Source: a virus. From it: a stretch of 64,000 bases of DNA. Below are positions 39,830 through 48,764 of this stretch, one piece after another. The number at the start of each line of letters is the position of its first letter. The first letter of the stretch is position 1. The position numbers and the translations under genes were made by a program. Location: the IMG/VR virus record IMGVR_UViG_3300037963_003719, positions 44,335 through 108,334 of that record; one strand, given 5' to 3'. Below the pieces are notes generated by a model, which saw only the letters and a list, made by a program, of their open reading frames with translations, did not search any database and had not been told where the DNA came from.

Positions 39830-39911
39830 ATGTGCGATCTTTCGTGCGGTCGCTCTACAAGTCGGAACACCTCATATAGTGGTACGGTTGTCACCCTACC
39901 ACTATTTTTTT
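39830..39911 (+). ncRNA. putative small RNA between a late promoter and a terminator
   Basis: CATAAATA(39821), GCGATC/GGTCGC stem, ATAGTGGTA/TACCACTAT stem followed by T-run. Confidence 0.4.
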
Positions 39912-39981
39912 GTTTGTTGATAAATATAACGGTTGCCTTCGGGGACCACAAAACAAAACTCGCTTATAAAAGGAGCATAAA

Positions 39982-40428
39982 ATGACAGGACTTAGAAAGT
40001 TCGGCACCAAAGATTTGGGTGCCATTGTAGACGCTGTAGAAAGATACAGTGTAGGTGTAGATGATTTATTTTATCGACTACATTCGTATGGTGCATCAAC
40101 ACCACAGAATTCATATCCCCCTTACAATCTAGTAAAGGATTCAGAAACTAAGTGGAGGATTGAACTAGCACTTGCTGGATGGTCTAGGGAGGACATTGAA
40201 GTTAGCACTGAAACCAATGTCTTGATCGTCAAGTCCAAGTCCGCAAAAGATAAAGGGGAGGGTGAGTATTTGCACCGTGGAGTTGCTACCCGTACTTTTG
40301 CGAGAGGCATCAACTTAGCTGACGACGTTGAGGTTGGCGAAGTTACATTTGAGAATGGTCTGTTGATTATTGAACTGAATAGAATTGTTCCTGATCATCA
40401 GAAGAGGAAGGTTTATGATATTAAATAA
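39982..40428 (+). CDS. hsp20: small heat shock protein
   Basis: YPPYNL, IELALAG, YLHRGVATRTF, FENGLL. Confidence 0.95.
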   Translation: MTGLRKFGTKDLGAIVDAVERYSVGVDDLFYRLHSYGASTPQNSYPPYNLVKDSETKWRIELALAGWSREDIEVSTETNVLIVKSKSAKDKGEGEYLHRGVATRTFARGINLADDVEVGEVTFENGLLIIELNRIVPDHQKRKVYDIK

Positions 40429-40434
40429 ATAATT

Positions 40435-40471
40435 AAAGGGTCTTGACAAATTGTTGAGACCCTTTTATAAT
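40435..40471 (+). promoter_or_regulatory. terminator hairpin overlapping a sigma70 promoter
   Basis: AAAGGGTCTTGACA/TGTTGAGACCCTTT stem; TTGACA-17-TATAAT. Confidence 0.7.
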
Positions 40472-40492
40472 ACAAGTTCATAGATGATTATT

Positions 40493-40873
40493 ATGTCAAT
40501 CAAAGTTGTTAAGTTAAAATCTGGAGAGGACCTAGTTGCTGAAGTTTCTGAAATCCAGCATAAAGATACTGGAGTCAGGCAAGCATTTGTTCTTACCAAA
40601 CCCTACACAATTACAATTGAGAAAATGTTTGTAGAGGGAACTGAAGAAAGGAATCAACAATACACTGGTAGAATTCTTTTAGAAAAGTGGCAACCATTAA
40701 CTCACGATGAAGAAATTGCAATCATTCCAGATTGGGTAGTATCTATCGTAGAACCAATTATGTCAGTTCTTGAGGCATATGGACAAACTCTAAAACCAGC
40801 GGAAGAAGCAAAGGGAACGTTCGGTGCTGATGTTAATACAGAACCTAATATAGAAATTGTTGATAATAAATAA
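40493..40873 (+). CDS. conserved hypothetical protein (Sm-like fold)
   Basis: IKVVKLKSGEDLV..WQPL..IPDWVVSIVEP. Confidence 0.7.
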   Translation: MSIKVVKLKSGEDLVAEVSEIQHKDTGVRQAFVLTKPYTITIEKMFVEGTEERNQQYTGRILLEKWQPLTHDEEIAIIPDWVVSIVEPIMSVLEAYGQTLKPAEEAKGTFGADVNTEPNIEIVDNK

Positions 40874-40894
40874 TAAGAAAGTGACAACTGAACA

Positions 40895-41602
40895 GTGAAA
40901 TCTTTCCAAGACCTCAGGTTAACCCTGATGTACAACAACAAATTGAATATTAAGTTTTGGGATAATGGTGTTCTAAGACAAGAAGTGAGAGATAAACTTT
41001 TACAGATTGGAACTAAGTGGGCAGAGTTTGCAAAGATTCCGTCTACTGCAGTTAAAGATATGATTTTAGTTGGTGGTAACGCTAACTATAATTACACCAG
41101 ATTCTCTGACCTTGATCTTCATTTAGTTGTAGACAAAGATCAAATTGCTGATTGTCCAGATCTTTTGGATGATTATCTAAGAGATAAGAAAAAGTTATGG
41201 GCATTAGTCCATGACATTAAAATTTATTCTCATCCTGTAGAGTTATATGCTCAGGACGAGAATGACCCATTGCCTGCTAACCAGGGCGTTTACTCCATCA
41301 CCCAAGATAAATGGTTGATGCAACCTAACCGAGTCAAGGTTGATCTTGCAGACCCCTTGCTTCTTAGAAAGGTTCGTGATATGATGGAGAAGATTGACGA
41401 CCTCATCGAAAACGAAGCAGATGATACTGGTGTTCTTAAAAAACTCCAGAAACAAATTCGTAACATGAGAGCGTCTGCCATTCAACAAGGTGGAGAGTTT
41501 GCACTTGAGAACTTAGTGTTCAAAGAGTTACGCAATCGTGGATACCTTGATAAACTTTCAAACCACATTAGACATTTAGAAGACACAAATTTATCGCTAT
41601 GA
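40895..41602 (+). CDS. Pol-beta superfamily nucleotidyltransferase
   Basis: GGNANYNYTRFSDLDLH (G-x-..DxD), PVELYAQD, ENLVFKELR. Confidence 0.75.
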   Translation: MKSFQDLRLTLMYNNKLNIKFWDNGVLRQEVRDKLLQIGTKWAEFAKIPSTAVKDMILVGGNANYNYTRFSDLDLHLVVDKDQIADCPDLLDDYLRDKKKLWALVHDIKIYSHPVELYAQDENDPLPANQGVYSITQDKWLMQPNRVKVDLADPLLLRKVRDMMEKIDDLIENEADDTGVLKKLQKQIRNMRASAIQQGGEFALENLVFKELRNRGYLDKLSNHIRHLEDTNLSL

Positions 41603-41958
41603 CTGTAAAAGTTATTTTATTGAAATCTGGTGAGGATGTAATTTCTGACGCAAAAGAAATTCTCAATAAAAGTGAAGATGGAATTATTGCATATCATCTT
41701 TCCAATCCATATGCCATGCAACTGACTACTACTGAATCTGATGAGATTGTGGTAGAAGGTGAAGCACCAAAAACAAAATTCCAAGTTGCTTATTCACATT
41801 GGGCACCTCTTTCAAAGCAAAGGGAATTTATTATTCCTGCAGATTGGGTTGTGACTATCTACGATCCTCACGACAATATCCTTAAGGACTATTGTGCAAA
41901 ACATGAAATCAAAACTGAGGAGGAATCCAATGGAGATCAAACTGATCCTGCTTCGTAA
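41599..41958 (+). CDS. conserved hypothetical protein (Sm-like; paralog of 40493)
   Basis: VKVILLKSGEDVI..WAPLS..IPADWVVTIYDP. Confidence 0.7.
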   Translation: MTVKVILLKSGEDVISDAKEILNKSEDGIIAYHLSNPYAMQLTTTESDEIVVEGEAPKTKFQVAYSHWAPLSKQREFIIPADWVVTIYDPHDNILKDYCAKHEIKTEEESNGDQTDPAS

Positions 41959-42187
41959 TGGTACGTATCTAATTTCTCAAATTTCTGAGATGGAGATGGA
42001 ACCATCTGCTTTCCTGGCAGACCCCATGGAAATTGTTGATGGTGAACTCAGGCAGTTCCCTAGGTATTCAAACCAAAGGAATGTCTTGCTTTATTCGGAA
42101 TCTCTTGCTACACTAGCAACACCCGATCCTGAGATCCTCTCCGAGTACCAAGCGAACCTACCCCCTGATGATGAAGTTCTACAGTAA
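41930..42187 (+). CDS. conserved hypothetical protein (Sm-like)
   Basis: MEIKLILLRNG.YLISQI; directly upstream of g43. Confidence 0.6.
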   Translation: MEIKLILLRNGTYLISQISEMEMEPSAFLADPMEIVDGELRQFPRYSNQRNVLLYSESLATLATPDPEILSEYQANLPPDDEVLQ

Positions 42188-44660
42188 TGTTTTTTTGACT
42201 GGAGATAAAATTCTCTATATTGGATACGAAGATGGTCAACGTGTCCAGTATGAGCAGAGTTTTTCTCCAGTTCTTTTTGCTCAGTGTAATAAGAAAACAG
42301 AATACAAAACTCTTGAGGGCAGTTATGCTCATAAACTAGAGTTTAATTCTGTTAAGGATGCCAGACAATTTATTGATGAGTACAAACAGGTAGAGAACTT
42401 TAAGATCTACGGTAATGACAGATTTCTCTATCAGTATATTAGTACTGAGTTTCCTGAAGAACGTATTGAATATGACACTACACAATTAAAGGTCTACACA
42501 ATTGATATTGAGACCACTTCTGAGAATGGTTTTCCTAATGTTGGGGAAACTGCAGAAGAGATTCTTTGTCTTACCATCAAAGATTTTACCAGTAAGAAAC
42601 TAATCGTATGGGGAACACGTGAGTATCAACATTCACGTGATGATGTTGAGTATCGTGTCTTCTGGAAAGAAGAAGATATGCTCAAAGATTTTCTAGCATG
42701 GTGGGCACAAAACACACCTGATATCCTTACTGGTTGGAATGTAAAACTGTTCGACGTACCATACATTTGTCGTCGAGTAGAACGTATACTTTCTTCCAAG
42801 TATATGAAGTCCCTTTCTCCATGGAATAAAGTATATGAAAAAGAAGTTGAAATCAAAGGACGTAATCAGTTTGTTTACGATATCATTGGTGTCAGTGTTC
42901 TTGACTATCTTGATCTTTATCAGAAGTTTACATATACTAATCAAGAGTCCTATCGACTGGATCATATTGCCAGTGTGGAACTAGGTCAAAAGAAACTAGA
43001 TCACTCTGAGTTTGAAACCTTCAAAGATTTCTATACTCAAGATTGGCAAAAGTTTGTAACTTATAACATCCATGACGTGGAACTGGTTGACCGTCTTGAA
43101 GATAAGATGAAATTGATTGATCTCGCTGTCAATCTTGCCTATGATGCTAAGGTCAATTTTGAAGATGTCTACTACCAGGTACGTATGTGGGATAGCATCA
43201 TCTATAATTATCTTACACCTAAAGGTATTGTTGTACCCCCTAACGAAAGAAATGACAAAGATGCAAAGTACGCTGGTGCGTATGTTAAAGAACCTGTTCC
43301 AGGACTTTATGAGTGGGTGGTTAGTTTTGACCTCAACTCCCTATACCCTCACCTCATTATGCAGTACAACATCTCGCCAGAAACGCTACTACCTACGAGA
43401 CACCCGTCAGCAACGGTAGATAGAGTTCTGGAACAAGAGATCACCATTGATGGTGAGTATTGTGTATGTGCCAACGGGGCACAGTATAGAAAAGATGTTC
43501 GTGGTTTTCTTCCAGAACTTATGGAGAAGATCTATAACGAACGTAAGATCTATAAGAAAAAGATGCTCCAAGCAAAACAAGAAAATGAAAAGAATCCTAG
43601 TCCACAATTGGTCAAGGACATTTCAAAATTCAATAACATCCAGATGGCACGTAAGATTCAACTTAACAGTGCTTATGGTGCTATTGGGAATCAGTATTTC
43701 AGGTATTACAAGCTTGCCAACGCAGAGGCGATCACACTTTCTGGTCAGGTCTCCATCCGTTGGATTGAGAACAAGATGAATGCCTACCTAAATAACCTGT
43801 TAAAAACGGAGGATGTAGATTATGTCATCGCATCTGACACTGACTCAATCTATCTTAATCTTGGACCTCTCGTTACTAAATTTTTTAGTAATCGTATTGG
43901 CGATAAAGCAGCAATTGTCTCTATACTTAATAAGGTCTGCCAAGAAAAACTGGAACCTTTTATTGAATGTTCATATAAGGAACTTGCGGATTACGTTTCG
44001 GCATATGATCAAAAAATGATTATGAAACGTGAGAACATCGCTGACAAAGGTATTTGGACTGCCAAGAAGCGATACATTCTCAACGTGTGGGACAGCGAAG
44101 GTGTTCGCTATGCAGAACCAAAACTCAAGATGATGGGTATTGAGGCAGTTAAATCTTCTACACCTGCACCGTGTAGAAATAAAATTAAAGAAGCACTCAA
44201 TATTATCATGACTCAAACTGAAGAAGATGTCATACGATTCATTGACAAATTTAAAGAAGAGTTCTTTAGTATGCCACCAGAGGACATTGCATTCCCTCGT
44301 AGCGTCAACGGGTTGACAAAATGGTCAGATCCTGTTACGCTATACAAGAAAAGTTGTCCCATTCACGTGAGGGGAGCATTGCTCTACAATTTTCAATTGA
44401 AGAAGCGTAAACTGACTTATAAGTATCCTTTGATTCAAGAAGGAGAAAAGATTAAGTTCTGTTACTTACAAAAACCAAACACTGTTGGAGAGAATGTAAT
44501 CTCATTCATCTCTAACTTCCCTACAGAAATCGACATTCATAAGAACGTCGATTACAAATTGCAGTTTGAAAAATCATTCCTATACCCACTCAAGATTATT
44601 CTTGATGCTATTGGATGGAAAACTGAAAAAGAAGTTAACCTGGAGTTTTTATTCGGATGA
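42168..44660 (+). CDS. g43: DNA polymerase gp43 (family B)
   Basis: DIET exonuclease motif, SFDLNSLYP, KIQLNSAYG, SDTDS. Confidence 0.97.
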   Translation: MMKFYSNVFLTGDKILYIGYEDGQRVQYEQSFSPVLFAQCNKKTEYKTLEGSYAHKLEFNSVKDARQFIDEYKQVENFKIYGNDRFLYQYISTEFPEERIEYDTTQLKVYTIDIETTSENGFPNVGETAEEILCLTIKDFTSKKLIVWGTREYQHSRDDVEYRVFWKEEDMLKDFLAWWAQNTPDILTGWNVKLFDVPYICRRVERILSSKYMKSLSPWNKVYEKEVEIKGRNQFVYDIIGVSVLDYLDLYQKFTYTNQESYRLDHIASVELGQKKLDHSEFETFKDFYTQDWQKFVTYNIHDVELVDRLEDKMKLIDLAVNLAYDAKVNFEDVYYQVRMWDSIIYNYLTPKGIVVPPNERNDKDAKYAGAYVKEPVPGLYEWVVSFDLNSLYPHLIMQYNISPETLLPTRHPSATVDRVLEQEITIDGEYCVCANGAQYRKDVRGFLPELMEKIYNERKIYKKKMLQAKQENEKNPSPQLVKDISKFNNIQMARKIQLNSAYGAIGNQYFRYYKLANAEAITLSGQVSIRWIENKMNAYLNNLLKTEDVDYVIASDTDSIYLNLGPLVTKFFSNRIGDKAAIVSILNKVCQEKLEPFIECSYKELADYVSAYDQKMIMKRENIADKGIWTAKKRYILNVWDSEGVRYAEPKLKMMGIEAVKSSTPAPCRNKIKEALNIIMTQTEEDVIRFIDKFKEEFFSMPPEDIAFPRSVNGLTKWSDPVTLYKKSCPIHVRGALLYNFQLKKRKLTYKYPLIQEGEKIKFCYLQKPNTVGENVISFISNFPTEIDIHKNVDYKLQFEKSFLYPLKIILDAIGWKTEKEVNLEFLFG

Positions 44661-45679
44661 GTATTTTTGACACACTTGCTAAAGAAGCAAAAAATGATTA
44701 TGCCAAACTTGTATCTGATGGTATTATTACTGGTGACCAACAAACTTTTATTGGTACTGGATCTTACATCCTCAACGCTATGTTGAGTGGGAGTGTCCAT
44801 GGTGGCATTCCTGATAATCGTGTAACTGCTATTGCTGGTGAACAAGCAACTGGTAAAACATTCTATGCAATTGCAATCGCTAAAAACTTTCTTGATACTA
44901 ATCCTGATGGTGCAGTTTTCTATTTTGATAGTGAAGCTGCCGCTACAGCGGATCTTTTCAAGGACCGTGGACTCGACTCAAATCGAGTATGGCATTTCCC
45001 AGTAGATACTATTGAAGAGTTTCGTACTCAAATCATTCGTATCTTAGACAATCTGCTTAAGACAGATGAATCAGAACGTAAACCTTTGTTGATTGTTCTT
45101 GACTCACTTGGTATGCTTGCATCTGCAAAAGAACTTACGGATGCTCTAGATGATAAACAAGTTCGTGACATGACTAAATCACAAGTTCTCAAGTCAGTGT
45201 TCAGAATTATCACTAGTAAACTGGGCAAACTAAAAGTTCCTATGGTTGTTACTAACCACACATACAAGACGATGAATCCTTATGGTGAGGCATCGGATAT
45301 GGGTGGTGGTAGTGGACTTAAGTATGCTGCTTCTACAATCATGTATCTTACCAAATCAAAAGAGAAAGATGGAACTGATGTTGTAGGTAGTATTATTAAA
45401 GTCAAGGCAAACAAATCTCGTTTCACAAAGGAGAATTCACAAGTTGCAACACGACTTTATTACGACGCACGTGGTCTGGACAAATATTACGGACTACTGG
45501 AATTGGGTGAGAAATACGGAGTATTCACCCGTAAGGGGAATCGTGTCGTCGTCGGTGAATCTTCTGTTTATCCTTCTGCTATTCTCAAGGATCCTGAGAA
45601 GTATTTCACCGAAGAAATAATGGAGAAACTTGATTGGGCAGCATCACAAGAATTTAAATATGGATCTGAAACGACTTGA
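44657..45679 (+). CDS. uvsX: RecA-like recombinase UvsX
   Basis: GEQATGKT, DSLG, MGGGSGLKYAAS. Confidence 0.95.
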   Translation: MSIFDTLAKEAKNDYAKLVSDGIITGDQQTFIGTGSYILNAMLSGSVHGGIPDNRVTAIAGEQATGKTFYAIAIAKNFLDTNPDGAVFYFDSEAAATADLFKDRGLDSNRVWHFPVDTIEEFRTQIIRILDNLLKTDESERKPLLIVLDSLGMLASAKELTDALDDKQVRDMTKSQVLKSVFRIITSKLGKLKVPMVVTNHTYKTMNPYGEASDMGGGSGLKYAASTIMYLTKSKEKDGTDVVGSIIKVKANKSRFTKENSQVATRLYYDARGLDKYYGLLELGEKYGVFTRKGNRVVVGESSVYPSAILKDPEKYFTEEIMEKLDWAASQEFKYGSETT

Positions 45680-46199
45680 TGATTACATTAAGGTTTACGA
45701 TAACGTAATACCTAGTGCTATATGCCAAGAGATTATTAGACACTACAAGAACTCTAATGCAGAGTTTGTAAATAATAATCTCCGACCTAAATTTCATCAC
45801 CTGACACTAGCACCAGATATGTCTAAGGATCTTTTAGAGATGGTTAGACCATACTTGGTAACGTATGCTAACAGTACAGGGTTGACAGAATGGATACCTA
45901 AGCAGTATGCTGTTGAGGACTTTCGAGTAAAGAGGTACAGGAAAGGCACAGACGATCAGTTTGCTCCTCACGTTGACGTAGGAGATCATGCAAGTGCTAG
46001 ACGTTTTTTAGCATTTTTCATGTATCTCAATACAGTTGGCGAAGGTGGAGAAACTGAGTTTGTTAGTATTAACAAACGAGTAAAACCAAAACAGGGTCGC
46101 CTGTTGATATTCCCACCATTATGGACTTTTCCACACCAAGGAAAACCTGTAGTGAGTGGTGACAAATACATTCTAGGTTCGTATTTACATTACACATGA
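45660..46199 (+). CDS. 2OG-Fe(II) oxygenase
   Basis: PHVD, YLN, GGETEF, FPPLWTFPHQG, KYILGSY. Confidence 0.88.
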   Translation: MDLKRLDDYIKVYDNVIPSAICQEIIRHYKNSNAEFVNNNLRPKFHHLTLAPDMSKDLLEMVRPYLVTYANSTGLTEWIPKQYAVEDFRVKRYRKGTDDQFAPHVDVGDHASARRFLAFFMYLNTVGEGGETEFVSINKRVKPKQGRLLIFPPLWTFPHQGKPVVSGDKYILGSYLHYT

Positions 46200-47560
46200 A
46201 TTCACTTGAGTTTACAATTCTAAGGAACTTGGTTACTAACGATGAGTATCGTCGTCAAGTATATCCATACTTAAAAACGGAATACTTTGAGAGTGACTAT
46301 AACACAGTGTTGTTTACTCTAATCTCTGAATTTATTTCTAAGTATGAGAAGTGTCCTACAAAAGAATCTCTTGAGGTAGATCTTTATAATAAAAAGAATA
46401 TCTCTGATGAGACCTTTACCAATGTCATGACACTCATAGGAGAACTAGATCCTGATGGTTGTGATTATAAATGGTTAATAGATTCAACAGAAGAGTGGTG
46501 TCGTAATCGTGCAATCTATCTTTCTCTACTTGAGAGTATTCAGATTGCAGATGGTAACGATAAAGAAAAGGATATGGGTGCTATCCCTGCTATCCTTTCT
46601 GAAGCAATCGCTGTTTCTTTTGACAACAAAATTGGTCATGATTACCTAGATGATTATCAGGAACGATTTGAATTCTACAATCGTGTAGAGAACAAGATTC
46701 CTTTTGATCTGACAATGCTTAACAAGATTACTAAAGGTGGTCTTACAAGTAAGTCATTGACTGTTGCATTGGCAGGAACTGGTGTTGGTAAATCTTTGTT
46801 CATGTGTCATGTTGCAGCAGCAGCATTACTACAAGGCAAAAATGTTTTGTACATCACTTGTGAAATGTCAGAAGAAAAGATTGCAGAACGTATTGACGCT
46901 AACTTACTAAACGTTCCTATCCAAGACCTTGCTGGATTACCAGAACAGTTGTATCAGAACAAGGTTACTAATCTGATGAAGAAGACAAATGGTAAACTTA
47001 TCATTAAGGAGTATCCTACTGCATCTGCCCATGTGGGACATTTTAGGTCTCTTCTTAATGATCTTTCTCTTAAGAGAAGTTTTAGACCCGATCTTATCTT
47101 TGTGGATTACCTTAATATTTGCACTTCACAGAGATTCAAAGCATCGTTTGTCAACTCATATACCTTGGTTAAAGGTATTGCAGAAGAACTTCGTGGTCTC
47201 GCTGTGGAGTACAGTGTGCCAATCGTATCTGCTACTCAAACCACTCGTAGCGGTTACGGCAGCACTGATGTTGACCTTACTGACACTTCTGAATCCTTTG
47301 GTCTCCCTGCTACTGCTGATCTTATGTTTGCCCTTATTAGCACTGAAGAGTCGGAGCAGTTGGGACAGATACTGGTAAAACAATTAAAGAATAGATACAA
47401 CGATATCACGGTTAATAAAAGGTTCGCCGTGGGTATTGACAGATCGAAGATGAGGTTGTATGATTGTGAGCAATCTGCTCAGGACAACTTCCTCGACGCA
47501 GGTGATGACAATGATGAACCACCCACTAACAAAAACAAATTTGGAGGATTTTCCTTTTGA
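46196..47560 (+). CDS. g41: replicative helicase gp41
   Basis: AGTGVGKS, VDYLN, ATQTTR, SESFGLPATAD, KNRY. Confidence 0.96.
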   Translation: MNSLEFTILRNLVTNDEYRRQVYPYLKTEYFESDYNTVLFTLISEFISKYEKCPTKESLEVDLYNKKNISDETFTNVMTLIGELDPDGCDYKWLIDSTEEWCRNRAIYLSLLESIQIADGNDKEKDMGAIPAILSEAIAVSFDNKIGHDYLDDYQERFEFYNRVENKIPFDLTMLNKITKGGLTSKSLTVALAGTGVGKSLFMCHVAAAALLQGKNVLYITCEMSEEKIAERIDANLLNVPIQDLAGLPEQLYQNKVTNLMKKTNGKLIIKEYPTASAHVGHFRSLLNDLSLKRSFRPDLIFVDYLNICTSQRFKASFVNSYTLVKGIAEELRGLAVEYSVPIVSATQTTRSGYGSTDVDLTDTSESFGLPATADLMFALISTEESEQLGQILVKQLKNRYNDITVNKRFAVGIDRSKMRLYDCEQSAQDNFLDAGDDNDEPPTNKNKFGGFSF

Positions 47561-47967
47561 CTAGGCACATTGATTTTAATCGGTATGAACAGTTTGTTTC
47601 AGCAGTTACTTCAGAAGCTTCTACAAACTTTGTTGATTTCGCTGACCGTATTGGTGATCTTGATCGACAAGGTGCCAATATTGAGAGATTGCTTACTTCT
47701 GGTGTTGGAATTAATGCTGAGGGCGGTGAGTTCCTTGAGATCATTAAGAAAATGGTGTTCCAAGGAAAACCGTGGAACGAAGATAATCGTGAGCATCTTA
47801 TTATTGAGTTGGGTGATATCATGTGGTACGTTGCTCAGGCATGTATGGCACTTGAAGTATCATTCGACGATGTAATTGCCACCAATGTTAAGAAACTGGA
47901 GAAGCGTTATCCTGAAGGAACGTTTGATGTTTACTTCTCCGAGAATCGTAAGGCAGGCGATCGGTAA
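47557..47967 (+). CDS. mazG: MazG nucleotide pyrophosphohydrolase
   Basis: EGGEFLEIIKK..ELGDIMWY..NVKKLEKRYP. Confidence 0.92.
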   Translation: MTRHIDFNRYEQFVSAVTSEASTNFVDFADRIGDLDRQGANIERLLTSGVGINAEGGEFLEIIKKMVFQGKPWNEDNREHLIIELGDIMWYVAQACMALEVSFDDVIATNVKKLEKRYPEGTFDVYFSENRKAGDR

Positions 47968-47994
47968 TACTTTAATAAATACTTGCAAAAACCC

Positions 47995-48738
47995 ATGCGA
48001 GTAATTAAGCAAGGCACGGTAGTTGATAGTAATGAGAATGCTGCCTATAGTTTCTTCTCTAGAAATAAAGAGAGATTCAATGACATCATTCTTTCTTCTA
48101 CTGGTAAGAAAATATCACTACCAGGAGTTAAAGAGATATTGTTTGTAGGTGGAGAAACTTCAAGTGGTGCAGGTTCAGTATCTAAAACAGATATTAGAAT
48201 CGTTCACTCTGAAGGCACCTACAATATTTCTTTAAAGAAAAGAAGTTTTGCTGCCTGGCAATCTGTTGACACCCTTGCAGGAGATCGTATTTCAGAAAAG
48301 ATCCTTGGTTATCTTATGGATGATCTTAATGGATTGGGAGGTAATAGAACATTTGATATAATCTCTTACACTGATGGTGGTAAAATTAAGTATAAGATTG
48401 TTAAAAAGAGAACTGATTCTACAACTAAGATTGCTTTTAAATGTAGTAGGACAGATGCAAGCACTGTTATATTTGGCACTGATATTATGGGTAAAGGATC
48501 TGTAGTTACTGCTGAATTTCCAGGAGCATGTTTATTGAAAGAAGATGTTCTTACAATTAGATGTGCTAGCATAATCGAAACCATGTCAGATGTTAAGTCA
48601 GATCTATATCCTTACTTTTCAATCAAAAGTTCTTTCTCATCAAAAACTAGAAACACTCATAGATTTCCTGGATTGCGAGCACAAGCAGTGCCTAAAAAAG
48701 AATTGAAAGGTTCTGTAGAGTTTTTACCAGAATTATAA
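47995..48738 (+). CDS. putative restriction-endonuclease-fold protein
   Basis: SKTDI..YNISLKK motif; late motif upstream. Confidence 0.55.
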   Translation: MRVIKQGTVVDSNENAAYSFFSRNKERFNDIILSSTGKKISLPGVKEILFVGGETSSGAGSVSKTDIRIVHSEGTYNISLKKRSFAAWQSVDTLAGDRISEKILGYLMDDLNGLGGNRTFDIISYTDGGKIKYKIVKKRTDSTTKIAFKCSRTDASTVIFGTDIMGKGSVVTAEFPGACLLKEDVLTIRCASIIETMSDVKSDLYPYFSIKSSFSSKTRNTHRFPGLRAQAVPKKELKGSVEFLPEL

Positions 48739-48764
48739 ATAACTTGTACGAACAGTGAACCTAT

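Noticed and set aside
39773-39985. 70-aa ORF upstream of hsp20
   Set aside because: It spans promoters, a terminator and the hsp20 leader, and has no RBS or recognisable protein features
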